From Bacteroidales bacterium (GTDB lineage: Bacteria > Bacteroidota > Bacteroidia > Bacteroidales > UBA4181), in assembly GCA_031551645.1 (NCBI GenBank), contig JAVBNI010000246.1, positions 2,646 to 66,645 on the forward strand: a stretch of 64,000 nt of DNA, written 5' to 3'. The notes below the pieces were generated by a model, which worked only from the letters and a program-made list of their open reading frames with translations, searched no databases and was not told the origin of the DNA. Position 1 is the first letter of the stretch. Every line of letters begins with the position of its first letter. This document shows, in pieces, positions 18,895 through 28,817 of this stretch. A program made the position numbers and the translations under genes.

Positions 18895-19861
18895 TGTACA
18901 TATTCGCTTGGCTGATATCACAGATGCCGGCCGGATCAATGATTTATTACAGCGGGCAGCACCTCAATACGTAAGAGATGATGCATTCTGGATATGGATA
19001 CATCGTTTGCTGGGTTGCGCTCCTTCGATCATTACTGTTGCAATTGTCGGGGATAAAATTGTTGGACATTATGCCATCATCCCAATGGAAGTCATGATCG
19101 ATGGAAATGTTTATCCTGCAGGATTGGGAATACATGCATTGGTTGATAAACAATGTAAAGGCGTATCCATTATCGATATATCCCGCCTGGCATATGATGA
19201 AGCCCGGAAAAGAGGAATGAAATTCATATATGGATTTCCAAATAAAAATTACAGGCTGATACAAGAAAGGATAGAACGGTGGAAAAAGGTGGCATTATTC
19301 AATTCATATGAAATTGCGACTGAACCGGGTATCGACTTTCCTACGGATTTTTCATGGGAATCTGTAGCGGATAACTTCGACTATGACTTGTTCTTTGCAT
19401 TGGGACAATTGCTGGAATCGGGAATTAAGAACGAACACTACAGGATAAAAAAAGATATCCTATATTATTACTTCCGGTACATTCATCACCCTCAGAACTT
19501 ATATTTAACCTTTTTCCTTTTTCGTAAAAATACGATTGTCGGGTGCCTGTTCCTGAAGAAATTTGTTTCCGAAAATGAAATTACCCGGTTACATCTGGTT
19601 GATTTTTTGAGAACAGCTGATTTGAGTTATGGACATATTCTGCAATTTTGCAAATTTTATGCAAGCCGGATAGAAGCTGATACCATATCGATATGGCCGG
19701 TTAACATAGAATTCCGGAACGAACTCCAAAAACAAGGCTTTGAGCCGGTCGGCTTCGATACATTTTTTGGCATCAAGGTTTTGGATAGTGATATCATAAA
19801 ACACGATATTTATAACTTTGAAAATTGGGAATTGATGATGGGTGATTCTGACGCAATATAA
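18881..19861 (+). CDS. GNAT family acyltransferase (two-domain)
   Basis: IVGHYAIIP, FIYGFPN, C-terminal WELMMGDSD pattern of glycan-locus GNATs. Confidence 0.75.
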   Translation: MEPSNVHIRLADITDAGRINDLLQRAAPQYVRDDAFWIWIHRLLGCAPSIITVAIVGDKIVGHYAIIPMEVMIDGNVYPAGLGIHALVDKQCKGVSIIDISRLAYDEARKRGMKFIYGFPNKNYRLIQERIERWKKVALFNSYEIATEPGIDFPTDFSWESVADNFDYDLFFALGQLLESGIKNEHYRIKKDILYYYFRYIHHPQNLYLTFFLFRKNTIVGCLFLKKFVSENEITRLHLVDFLRTADLSYGHILQFCKFYASRIEADTISIWPVNIEFRNELQKQGFEPVGFDTFFGIKVLDSDIIKHDIYNFENWELMMGDSDAI

Positions 19862-19866
19862 AAGAA

Positions 19867-20916
19867 ATGAATACGATTAAAATAGGAAACAGGATAATAT
19901 CTTCCGATTCCCCGTGTTTTATCATCGGGGAATTGTCATGCAACCATTTGCAAGATATTGATATTGCCAGGAAATCTATCGATTTAATGGCCGAATCCGG
20001 TATCGAGTGTGTAAAATTGCAAACCTCCAAACCCGATGGCATCACAATAGATTGCGATAACGAATATTTCCGGATAAACGGAGGAACGCTCTGGGACAAC
20101 CGCACGCTATATGATTTATACAAGGAAACATACACTCCTTGGGAATGGCATCAGCCATTGAAAGAATATGCAGATTCAAAAGGGCTGATCTTTTTTTCAT
20201 CTCCTTTTGATTTGGATGCAGTTGATTTTTTGGATGCCTTGGATGTCCCGGCTTTCAAAATAGCCTCATTTGAGATCACAGATATTCCGCTTATTGAAAA
20301 AGTCGCCGGCAAGGGTAAACCGGTGATCATTTCAACCGGTATTGCAGAAAGGCAGGACATAGATGACGCGGTCGCAGCTTGCAAAAGGAAAGGGAATGAA
20401 CAGATTATTATATTGAAATGTACATCTGCATATCCGGCGCCCTATCATGAAATGAATTTAAGCCTTATCCCCCGTATGATGCATGATTATGACTATTTAA
20501 TAGGATTATCCGATCATACATTGGATAATTTGGCTGCTATTACCGCTGTAGCTTTGGGGGCTAAGGTTATAGAAAAACATTTTATCATTGACCGGAAAAT
20601 GGGCGGCCCCGATGCTGCATTCTCCATGGAGCCTGCGGAATTCGAGGACATGATACACACCATCAGAAATGTTGAATCTCTGTTAGGGAAACAAGATTAT
20701 TCGCTTGGTGAAACATCATCGAAAAACAAACGTTTTGCCCGGTCACTATTTGTTGTTGAGAATGTCCGGGAGGGAGAGCGACTTACTGCCGATAATATCC
20801 GTTCCATACGTCCCGGATATGGATTACACCCTAAATATTACAGTGAAATCCTCGGTAAAAAATTTAGAAAAGATATTCAAAAGGGAACTCCGTTAAGTCT
20901 TGATTTAATAGAATAA
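19867..20916 (+). CDS. pseI: Pseudaminic acid synthase
   Basis: ELSCNHLQ, TPWEWH, KIASFEITD, LKCTSAYPA, GLSDHT, IEKHF, GGPDAAFSMEP, SAF domain IRSIRPGYGLHP. Confidence 0.93.
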   Translation: MNTIKIGNRIISSDSPCFIIGELSCNHLQDIDIARKSIDLMAESGIECVKLQTSKPDGITIDCDNEYFRINGGTLWDNRTLYDLYKETYTPWEWHQPLKEYADSKGLIFFSSPFDLDAVDFLDALDVPAFKIASFEITDIPLIEKVAGKGKPVIISTGIAERQDIDDAVAACKRKGNEQIIILKCTSAYPAPYHEMNLSLIPRMMHDYDYLIGLSDHTLDNLAAITAVALGAKVIEKHFIIDRKMGGPDAAFSMEPAEFEDMIHTIRNVESLLGKQDYSLGETSSKNKRFARSLFVVENVREGERLTADNIRSIRPGYGLHPKYYSEILGKKFRKDIQKGTPLSLDLIE

Positions 20917-20920
20917 AAAG

Positions 20921-21631
20921 ATGATAGAGTCATTCAGAAATAAAAAAATATTATTGGTTGTAGCCCATCCTGACGATGAACTCTTGGGGGTTGGCGCAAC
21001 AATGAATCGGCTGGTAAACGATTATGGTTGTATCATTAAGGTTGTTATTTTGGGAGAGGGCATCACGTCCAGGCATGACCAGAGAGACACCATCCTTTGG
21101 CAGGAACAAATCAAAAAACATAAGGAAAATATCAGGAAAGCCCAGCGAATGATCGGTTATCAGGAACTGTCCGTTTATGATTTTCCAGACAACCGGTTTG
21201 ATTCAATTGATTTGTTGGATATTGTAAAAGTTGTCGAAAAAGAAAAAGAAACATTTGAGCCGGAAATAATTTTTACGCATCATGGCGGCGATTTAAATAT
21301 AGACCACCAGCGTACTTGTGATGCTGTTGTTACAGCATGTCGTCCTATGGAACAGGAAAAGGTCAAAACAATCATATGCTTTGAAACCCCTTCGGGAACA
21401 GAATGGCGTTCACCTGCCGATCCGAAGCATTTTATCCCCAACTTGTTTTTTGAAATTAATCAGGATAATCTGTCGGCAAAAATAAATGCCATGGAAGCTT
21501 ATGAGTCTGAAAAAAGAACCTATCCCCACCCCCGTTCTCCCGAAGCATTAACAATTCTTGCTCAACGATGGGGAATTGCCATTGGGAAAAGATATGCGGA
21601 AGCCTTTATGTTGATCAGATCAATCGATTAA
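20921..21631 (+). CDS. PIG-L family de-N-acetylase
   Basis: AHPDDE, FPDNRFD, THHGGDLNIDH, YPHPRS, AEAF. Confidence 0.9.
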   Translation: MIESFRNKKILLVVAHPDDELLGVGATMNRLVNDYGCIIKVVILGEGITSRHDQRDTILWQEQIKKHKENIRKAQRMIGYQELSVYDFPDNRFDSIDLLDIVKVVEKEKETFEPEIIFTHHGGDLNIDHQRTCDAVVTACRPMEQEKVKTIICFETPSGTEWRSPADPKHFIPNLFFEINQDNLSAKINAMEAYESEKRTYPHPRSPEALTILAQRWGIAIGKRYAEAFMLIRSID

Positions 21632-21677
21632 GAGGAGATTTTATTTAAGGAATCAAGACAAAATAATTTATTCATTT

Positions 21678-21736
21678 GACAGGATCAACATGATGTACAG
21701 GATTATTTATATCTTGTAAATCACGTTAATCCTGTC
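21678..21736. repeat. Inverted repeat built from three 9-mers per arm
   Basis: Left GACAGGATC AACATGATG TACAGGATT; the right arm reverse-complements to GACAGGATT AACGTGATT TACAAGAT. Confidence 0.8.
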
Positions 21737-21982
21737 TGAAAAAAGTGAGGATGTTATTTTGTCATTGTAACTAAGCTATCATTTTTCCGGATAAACTTTT
21801 TGAGAAAATTCAAAGATTTGCTGCTGGAAATATTTGAAGAAAGTCTACACTATGATGTGCATTTTGTAAAGCTTTGAAATACTGATCAAGAAAGCTTTAG
21901 AAGTCCCCCTTCGGAATTTGTGCAGGTCACATTTGCAATCGATTAAACAATTAAGTTTTATTGTATTATCTGTTATATTGAC

Positions 21983-21990
21983 TATCTTTG
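21983..21990 (+). promoter_or_regulatory. -7 promoter box TATCTTTG for the second glycan operon
   Basis: Exact TAnnTTTG match upstream of 22051. Confidence 0.6.
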
Positions 21991-22050
21991 CGGCCTCAAT
22001 TGATTGTAGAAGTTAATCAATTGGAAAGTAAAGTTTTGATTTTATAGTGT

Positions 22051-22335
22051 ATGAAAATACAGATGTGTGATCTCCTCGGCCAATACAGGAAAATTCAACC
22101 AGAAGTTGATGAGGCAATGTCACAGGTGATCAATGGTTCTGCGTTTATCAATGGGCCACAAGTAAGAGAGTTCAAAACCAATCTTGAACGATACACAGGA
22201 GCGAAACACGTAATCCCTTGCGGGAATGGGACAGATGCTTTACAGATTACATTGAATTGCCTTTTGTCCCGAAAGCAAACAAGAACACTAAATTTAAGTC
22301 GACGATATAAAGCGAATCATACGACTGGTCGTTAG
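22051..22335 (+). pseudogene. Truncated DegT/DnrJ (WbpE-like) aminotransferase, first ~66 codons only
   Basis: MKIQMCDLLGQY...FINGPQV...PCGNGTDALQI is a typical DegT N-terminus; similarity stops at ~22250, with no PLP-Lys motif. Confidence 0.85.
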
Positions 22336-22383
22336 ACTCTTAGATCCTAGTCTGTAAATATTCAATATTCGATCATCAATTAA

Positions 22384-23682
22384 ATGAGCATACTGGAAAA
22401 AATCAAAAACAATCAGGAAATTATCGGGATCATTGGCTTGGGATATGTAGGCTTACCATTAGCTGTTGCATTTGCCGAAGTTGGATTGCATGTTATTGGC
22501 TTTGATAAATCGCAAGACAAAGTCGATAAAATCAATCGGGGTGAAAACTACATCAAGGATATCCGTGATGCTGTCTTGAGAGAAGTCGTTGATAAAATAT
22601 TTTTTAAGGCGACTACTGATTTTTCTGAAATCAAGCTATGTGATGCACTGCTCATTTGTGTGCCTACTCCGCTCGACCGTTTTAAAAAGCCGGACATGAC
22701 TTACATAGAGTTAGCTTGTATAAGTATAGGCAAACACATGAAAAGAGAAACGTTTATTTGCTTAGAAAGTACAACTTACCCAACTACAACAGAGTCATTC
22801 ATGCTTCCCATCCTTGAAAAGGAATCGGGGTTAAAGCATGATAAAGATTTTTGGTTAGCATACTCTCCGGAAAGAGTCGATCCTGGCAATGCAAATTTTC
22901 ACACAAAAAATACGCCTAAGGTACTTGGTGCCATCACTCCCGAAGGATTGAAAATTGGACAACAAATATATTCAAAAGCCATTGAAAAAATCCACGTAGT
23001 AAGTTCTCCGCGTGTGGCCGAAATGGTAAAAATATTGGAAAATACTTATCGTTTGGTTAATATCAGCCTCATCAACGAACTGGCTTTGCTGGCAGGTAAG
23101 ATGCACATCAATATCTGGGAAGTGATTGAGGCAGCTAAAACCAAACCTTTCGGGTTTCAGGCATTTTACCCTGGACCGGGTGTCGGCGGGCATTGCATCC
23201 CGCTCGATCCGTTCTACTTAGAGCATATTGCCAAAATGTACGATTTTGACCTGAGCATGATCCATACTGCAGGGCACATCAATATGCGGATGCCTCATTA
23301 CATGTACATCAAGATAAGTACAGCTTTAAATAAACATAAGAAATCAGTGAATGGGAGTAAAGTGTTTTTCTTAGGTGTGGCATATAAGCCCAATATTGAC
23401 GATGAACGTGAATCGCCAGCTTTGGAGATTATTGACGAAGTAGTGAAAAAAGACGGAATTGTATCGTATAACGATCCTTTTATTCCCCAAATAACCACAC
23501 ATGATGGGTATACGTTTTCTTCAGTAGAGTTATGTGTTAAAAATTTGTCGAATGCGGATGTGGTCGTTATTACCACTAAACATTCTGTATATGATTTTGA
23601 AATAATCAAACAATATTCAAATATTATTGTAGATTTACAAAATGCATTTAGACAGAATAGTGAAAATATTTATAAGCTATAA
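22384..23682 (+). CDS. Nucleotide-sugar 6-dehydrogenase (WbpA/WecC-like)
   Basis: GLGYVGLPLA, CVPTP, LESTTYP, YSPERVDPGN, GPGVGGHCIP, GVAYKPNIDDERESP. Confidence 0.92.
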   Translation: MSILEKIKNNQEIIGIIGLGYVGLPLAVAFAEVGLHVIGFDKSQDKVDKINRGENYIKDIRDAVLREVVDKIFFKATTDFSEIKLCDALLICVPTPLDRFKKPDMTYIELACISIGKHMKRETFICLESTTYPTTTESFMLPILEKESGLKHDKDFWLAYSPERVDPGNANFHTKNTPKVLGAITPEGLKIGQQIYSKAIEKIHVVSSPRVAEMVKILENTYRLVNISLINELALLAGKMHINIWEVIEAAKTKPFGFQAFYPGPGVGGHCIPLDPFYLEHIAKMYDFDLSMIHTAGHINMRMPHYMYIKISTALNKHKKSVNGSKVFFLGVAYKPNIDDERESPALEIIDEVVKKDGIVSYNDPFIPQITTHDGYTFSSVELCVKNLSNADVVVITTKHSVYDFEIIKQYSNIIVDLQNAFRQNSENIYKL

Positions 23683-23832
23683 AATAAAAGAGTGATAAAA
23701 AAAATAAAAATACACTTAGTTGTCGTTGATATTTTGATTATTAGTGAATTATAATATTGAAATCCCATTTTGTTAATTTACATTTAGGATATTACAAAAC
23801 AATTCAAAAATTTAATCGGATAGTAGTGATAC

Positions 23833-26685
23833 TTGAAAGTAATTGGAGTTAAAGGAGGTGCAAGCTTGAGATTTTTAATTAAAATATTTATTGTATTGTC
23901 TCTTGATGTAGCCTTAACTGCTTGTACAAAAGAGAAGATTTTAAGTGATGAAAAAGACATATTGAATTTTTCATTGGAGAATATTACTTGTGCTTTCCAG
24001 TGGGAAGGCCAAACACTGTATATTCTCATGCATGATTCCATTGATATATCAAAAGCTTATATTCCTCAAATTACTGTTTCTGAACATGCAACTGTTTATC
24101 CGCCTTCAGGAATGCCTCAGATCTTTTCTTATTCCGGTGCTCGATATATTGTTAAAGCCCAGAGTGGAAATTCTAAAGAATATATTGTTAAAGTCAGAAT
24201 AATTAAATCAGGTAATGAAATCTTAGAGTTTAAATTTCCAAATATCAGCAGCAGGATTGAAAGTATTTCCGATTCCATCATCCACATGGTAGTTTTTGAT
24301 GATATAAGTTTAGAAAATTTGTCTCCTGAAATAGTATATTCCGAGGGAGCACAAATATTCCCATTACCGGGTATTCCCCAGAATTTTCAATCGTCTGTAA
24401 AATATACAGTGACAGCTCAGGATGGAAGTATTCGAAAGTATAAAGTTTTGGTGGAAAAAAGAGCAAATGAAGCTTGTGATATATTGCAGTTCGATTTTCC
24501 CAATATTGGCCATAAAACGATAATTTCTGACCAATTGGTTTTTATAGAACTGTATGAGAAGGTCGATATTACCAAACTTACGCCTAACATAAAAACTTCT
24601 GAATACGCATCTGTTGCTCCATCAACAGGAATTTCTCAGGATTTTACTAATGAAGTATTATACGAGGTGACGGCACAGAATGGAACCAAGAAAACATATC
24701 GCGTACAAGTAAAGGAAAATTTGAGCGATCCTAACAATATCCTTTCTTTTTCATTTCCTAATATACCTCATCAGGCGATCATTACAAATGATACAATTTA
24801 TGTCGATATATATACCGATATCCCTCTTAGGAATTTGGCTCCTATGATTGAAATATCTGATAAGGCAACTATATATCCGGCAAGCGGGGTTGTCCAGAAT
24901 TTCAAACAAGAAGTCAAATATACAGTAACTTCTGAGAGTGGAGTTACACATGACTATATCGTCAAAACCCAAAGGGAATTAAGTAACCAGAATAAATTGT
25001 TGTCATTTGCTATTTCCGGACAAATAGCAGATGTTAAAATTAACGGGTTGGCTGTAACTGTGACTATCAATGGCTCGGTTGATAAGACCCGCTTAGTTCC
25101 TCTTATAAAAATATCGGAAAATGCGACTGTTGATCCCCTGTCAGGAATAGAAACGAATTTTGCCAGTCCAGTAACATATACAGTTACAGCACAAGATGGT
25201 ACTATAGCAAAGTATATAGTGGCCGTTAATCAAAAATTGAGCAGTGAAAAGGAAATACTTTCTTTTAATATACCCAATAAAGCTACTGTAGTAAAAATTG
25301 AAGGTCAAAATATAACTGTAGATGTATATGAGAATGTTGATATTACCCGTTTAACTCCAATCATACAAATATCGAAAGATGCAACGATAAACCCTTCTTC
25401 TGGAACAACGTTTGATTTTTCCCATCCAGTAAATTATGTAGTTACATCTCAGGATGGTAATTCCGTATTTTATACAGTAACAGTTAATCAAAGCTTAAGC
25501 CGTAAAAAAGAAATCGAAAGTTTTAAATTGGTTGGTACTGAGCAGATACTTGAACGAGAGGGAAATAATTTATTTGTTTATGTTCCTTACGAAACGGATA
25601 TTACTTCTGTATCAACAGAAATTACTGTTTCCGACAAAGCAACTGTGAGCCCAGAAAGCGGGGTTCAAATAAATTTTACTAATCCGCAAATATATACAGT
25701 TACGGCAAGTAATGGGGGTACGGAAAATTATTTAGTGTCAGTGAAAAAAAGTCCGTGGAGAAATGTAATTAAAAATGGTGAAGCTCCTTTTTTGAGGGTT
25801 GATGGACATTCATTGATTGTTTTTAAAGATAAGATGTGGTTGATTGGAGGATGGCTGGGAAAATATGAGAATAATAAAGCAACTTATGTTGATGGCGAAA
25901 ATTATTGGACCTCACAGGTCTGGTGTACTTCAGATGGAATTAATTGGGAATCGAAAGGAAATGCTCCATGGAATGGACGACATGGATTCGGATGTGTAGT
26001 ATTCGACAATAAAATATGGGTAATAGGTGGGGATCAACATACTGATGTATGGAATTCGGAAGACGGTATGACTTGGAATAAAATTTTAGATATTGTACCC
26101 TGGGGAAAAAGATATTTTCCGTATGTTGTCAGTTTCAAAGGTAAAATATGGACAATGGGTGGGCAAAACGTTAATTTTACAGGATTATATCTAGATAAAT
26201 ATAATGATATTTGGAGTACCACCGATGGTATTAATTGGGTTAGAGAAGTTGATTTTGTAAATTGGGTCCCCCGAGGATTAATGAGTGGAACCGCTGTATT
26301 AAATGATGAACTCTTTATATTAGGTGGAAGTTCTCTTTATAGTTATGCATATAATGACATTTGGAAAACAATTGATGGCATTACTTGGACACAAGTAACC
26401 AATCATGCTGAATGGGGATCTCGTTCATGGCATTCAGTGGCAAGTTATAATAATAAACTTTGGATAATGGGCGGTGATTTGGATATATCAACTGTTTTAT
26501 CAAATGAAGTTTGGTATAGTTCCGAGGGAAGAACTTGGATGCAGCAAAAAGGGATCTTTTGGGAACCTCGACATGCTGCAGCGGCCATATCGTTTAAGGA
26601 CAAATTATGGATGGTTGGAGGATTGATAGCTAGGGATATCTGGGGAGAGACTTCGAATGATGTTTGGATGATGGATATAAATTAA
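23833..26685 (+). CDS. Surface lipoprotein with seven Ig/PKD-like (DUF5018-like) repeats and a C-terminal six-bladed kelch propeller
   Basis: Lipobox LTAC; seven YxVT(A/S)xxG...Y repeats of ~86 aa; six K(M/I/L)WxxGG-type blades with WxSxDGxxW motifs. Start codon uncertain (TTG). Confidence 0.82.
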   Translation: MKVIGVKGGASLRFLIKIFIVLSLDVALTACTKEKILSDEKDILNFSLENITCAFQWEGQTLYILMHDSIDISKAYIPQITVSEHATVYPPSGMPQIFSYSGARYIVKAQSGNSKEYIVKVRIIKSGNEILEFKFPNISSRIESISDSIIHMVVFDDISLENLSPEIVYSEGAQIFPLPGIPQNFQSSVKYTVTAQDGSIRKYKVLVEKRANEACDILQFDFPNIGHKTIISDQLVFIELYEKVDITKLTPNIKTSEYASVAPSTGISQDFTNEVLYEVTAQNGTKKTYRVQVKENLSDPNNILSFSFPNIPHQAIITNDTIYVDIYTDIPLRNLAPMIEISDKATIYPASGVVQNFKQEVKYTVTSESGVTHDYIVKTQRELSNQNKLLSFAISGQIADVKINGLAVTVTINGSVDKTRLVPLIKISENATVDPLSGIETNFASPVTYTVTAQDGTIAKYIVAVNQKLSSEKEILSFNIPNKATVVKIEGQNITVDVYENVDITRLTPIIQISKDATINPSSGTTFDFSHPVNYVVTSQDGNSVFYTVTVNQSLSRKKEIESFKLVGTEQILEREGNNLFVYVPYETDITSVSTEITVSDKATVSPESGVQINFTNPQIYTVTASNGGTENYLVSVKKSPWRNVIKNGEAPFLRVDGHSLIVFKDKMWLIGGWLGKYENNKATYVDGENYWTSQVWCTSDGINWESKGNAPWNGRHGFGCVVFDNKIWVIGGDQHTDVWNSEDGMTWNKILDIVPWGKRYFPYVVSFKGKIWTMGGQNVNFTGLYLDKYNDIWSTTDGINWVREVDFVNWVPRGLMSGTAVLNDELFILGGSSLYSYAYNDIWKTIDGITWTQVTNHAEWGSRSWHSVASYNNKLWIMGGDLDISTVLSNEVWYSSEGRTWMQQKGIFWEPRHAAAAISFKDKLWMVGGLIARDIWGETSNDVWMMDIN

Positions 26686-26698
26686 AATGAAGCGTTGA

Positions 26699-27676
26699 AT
26701 GAAAAATTTCTTAATCACCGGTGCCGACGGTTTTATCGGCTCACATCTCACGGAAATGCTTTTGGCTGAAGGCTATAAAGTAAAAGCTCTTTCTTATTAT
26801 AATTCTTTTAATTATTGGGGATGGTTGGACGAAATAAAGCATCACAACCTGGAAGTTATTACCGGTGATGTCCGTGACCCTCATTTTTGCAAGCATATTA
26901 CAAAAAATATTGATGTAGTGTTCCATCTTGCAGCGCTTATTGCCATTCCGTATTCTTATGTTGCTCCTGATAGCTATGTAGACACCAATGTAAAAGGGAC
27001 TCTCAATATTTGCCAGGCGGCCAAGGAAAATGGAGTGAAGCGAGTATTGACAACGTCGACATCAGAGGTGTATGGTACAGCACAATATGTTCCGATTGAC
27101 GAAAAACATCCCAAACAACCGCAATCCCCTTATTCGGCAAGTAAAATCGGAGCGGATATGATGGCAATGAGTTTCTACAACGCTTTTGAAGTTCCTGTTG
27201 TGATTGCCCGACCTTTTAACACATACGGACCGCGGCAATCGGCACGGGCTATTATCCCTACCATCATCTCGCAAATAGCCAATGGCAAGAAAGAAATTAG
27301 ACTGGGTGATTTAACACCTACACGCGATTTCAACTTTGTAAAGGATACTTGCCGCGGATTTGTTGAACTAGCAAAGTGTGATGCAGCTATTGGTCAAGAA
27401 ATAAACATAGCCAGTAATTACGAAATATCAATGCGTGATACGTTGGAATTAATTGCCAAAATCATGCAATCGGATGTGCGATTTATAGAAGATACAGAGC
27501 GGCTTCGTCCTAAAAATTCTGAAGTATTTCGTCTGTGGGGAGATAATACCAAAATTAAAAACCTTACAGGATTTACACCTCAGTACTCTATTGAACAAGG
27601 TCTGTGCGAAACTATTGATTGGTTCCGTAATCCCGACAATTTGAGGAAATATAAATCGGACATTTACAATGTATAG
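26699..27676 (+). CDS. legB: NAD-dependent 4,6-dehydratase LegB
   Basis: TGADGFIGSHL, YNSFNYWGWL, LAALIAIPYSY, STSEVYGTA, QSPYSASK, RLRPKNSEVFRL. Confidence 0.9.
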   Translation: MKNFLITGADGFIGSHLTEMLLAEGYKVKALSYYNSFNYWGWLDEIKHHNLEVITGDVRDPHFCKHITKNIDVVFHLAALIAIPYSYVAPDSYVDTNVKGTLNICQAAKENGVKRVLTTSTSEVYGTAQYVPIDEKHPKQPQSPYSASKIGADMMAMSFYNAFEVPVVIARPFNTYGPRQSARAIIPTIISQIANGKKEIRLGDLTPTRDFNFVKDTCRGFVELAKCDAAIGQEINIASNYEISMRDTLELIAKIMQSDVRFIEDTERLRPKNSEVFRLWGDNTKIKNLTGFTPQYSIEQGLCETIDWFRNPDNLRKYKSDIYNV

Positions 27677-28817
27677 CGACATCATTCAATTTATCAGACA
27701 AACTTTTGGAGAAACGAAGGACATTATTCTTCTGCATGCACCATGCTTTGTAGGAAATGAAAAAGAATATTTATGCGAATGCATTGACAGTACCTATGTT
27801 TCAAGTGTCGGGAGGTTTGTCGACAAATTTGAAGAGATGGTTGCTGCATATACAGGAAGTAAAAAAGCTGTTGTATGTGTGAATGGTACGAATGCTTTAC
27901 ATTTGGCTTTATTATTGGTCGGAACACAACCTGACGATGAGGTAATTACCCAGCCGCTTAGCTTCATCGCTACGTCTAATGCAATTTCATACTGTGGCGC
28001 TAATCCTGTGTTTATTGATGTGGATAAAGATACCATGGGGCTTTCACCATTCAAGATGCGCGAATGGTTGATGGTAAATGCTGAACTGAAGAATAACGAA
28101 TGCATCAATAAAATCAGTGGCAAACGAATAAAAGCATGTGTTCCGATGCATACATTCGGTCATTCTGTTCATTTAGATGAACTGGTGCAGTTATGTAATG
28201 AATATCATATCGAATTGGTGGAGGATGCTGCCGAAAGTCTTGGCAGTTTCTATAAAGGTAAACATACAGGAATTTTTGGAAAAATAGGGATATTGAGTTT
28301 CAATGGTAATAAAACCATCACCACGGGCGGTGGTGGCATGTTGTTGTTTCAAGATGAAGAATTGGGCGCTTATGCCAAGCATTTGAGTACTCAAGCCAAA
28401 GTTCCGCACAGGTGGGAATTTGTACACGACCACATCGGGTACAATTACCGTATGCCTAATATCAATGCGGCTCTTGGATGTGCACAAATGGAGCATTTGT
28501 CGGAGTTTGTGGCCAACAAGCGAGATTTGGCACAACGATATGCAGACTATTTCAAAAGTATTGGGGTAGATTTTTTTATCGAACCGAAAGATTGTTTGTC
28601 AAACTATTGGCTTAATGTGATTGTTTTAAAAAATAAAACAGAACGTGATAATTTCCTGCAATACAGCAATGATAACGGCGTGATGACACGTCCGATATGG
28701 CGGTTGATGAACCGTTTGCCTATGTTTGCGAATTGTCAATGCGGGGATTTGAGCAATGCCGAATGGTTCGAAGAGCGTGTGGTTAATATTCCGAGCAGCG
28801 TCAGGATAAAATGTTAA
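27669..28817 (+). CDS. legC: LegC family aminotransferase
   Basis: YVSSVGRFV, NGTNALH, EDAAESLGS, SFNGNKTITTGGGG, GYNYRMPNINAALG. Confidence 0.92.
   Translation: MYSDIIQFIRQTFGETKDIILLHAPCFVGNEKEYLCECIDSTYVSSVGRFVDKFEEMVAAYTGSKKAVVCVNGTNALHLALLLVGTQPDDEVITQPLSFIATSNAISYCGANPVFIDVDKDTMGLSPFKMREWLMVNAELKNNECINKISGKRIKACVPMHTFGHSVHLDELVQLCNEYHIELVEDAAESLGSFYKGKHTGIFGKIGILSFNGNKTITTGGGGMLLFQDEELGAYAKHLSTQAKVPHRWEFVHDHIGYNYRMPNINAALGCAQMEHLSEFVANKRDLAQRYADYFKSIGVDFFIEPKDCLSNYWLNVIVLKNKTERDNFLQYSNDNGVMTRPIWRLMNRLPMFANCQCGDLSNAEWFEERVVNIPSSVRIKC

Noticed and set aside
21901-21920. AAGTCCCCCTTCGGAATTTG, resembling half of a CCCCCTTCGGGGG-type repeat
   Set aside because: Second arm absent; too short to support.
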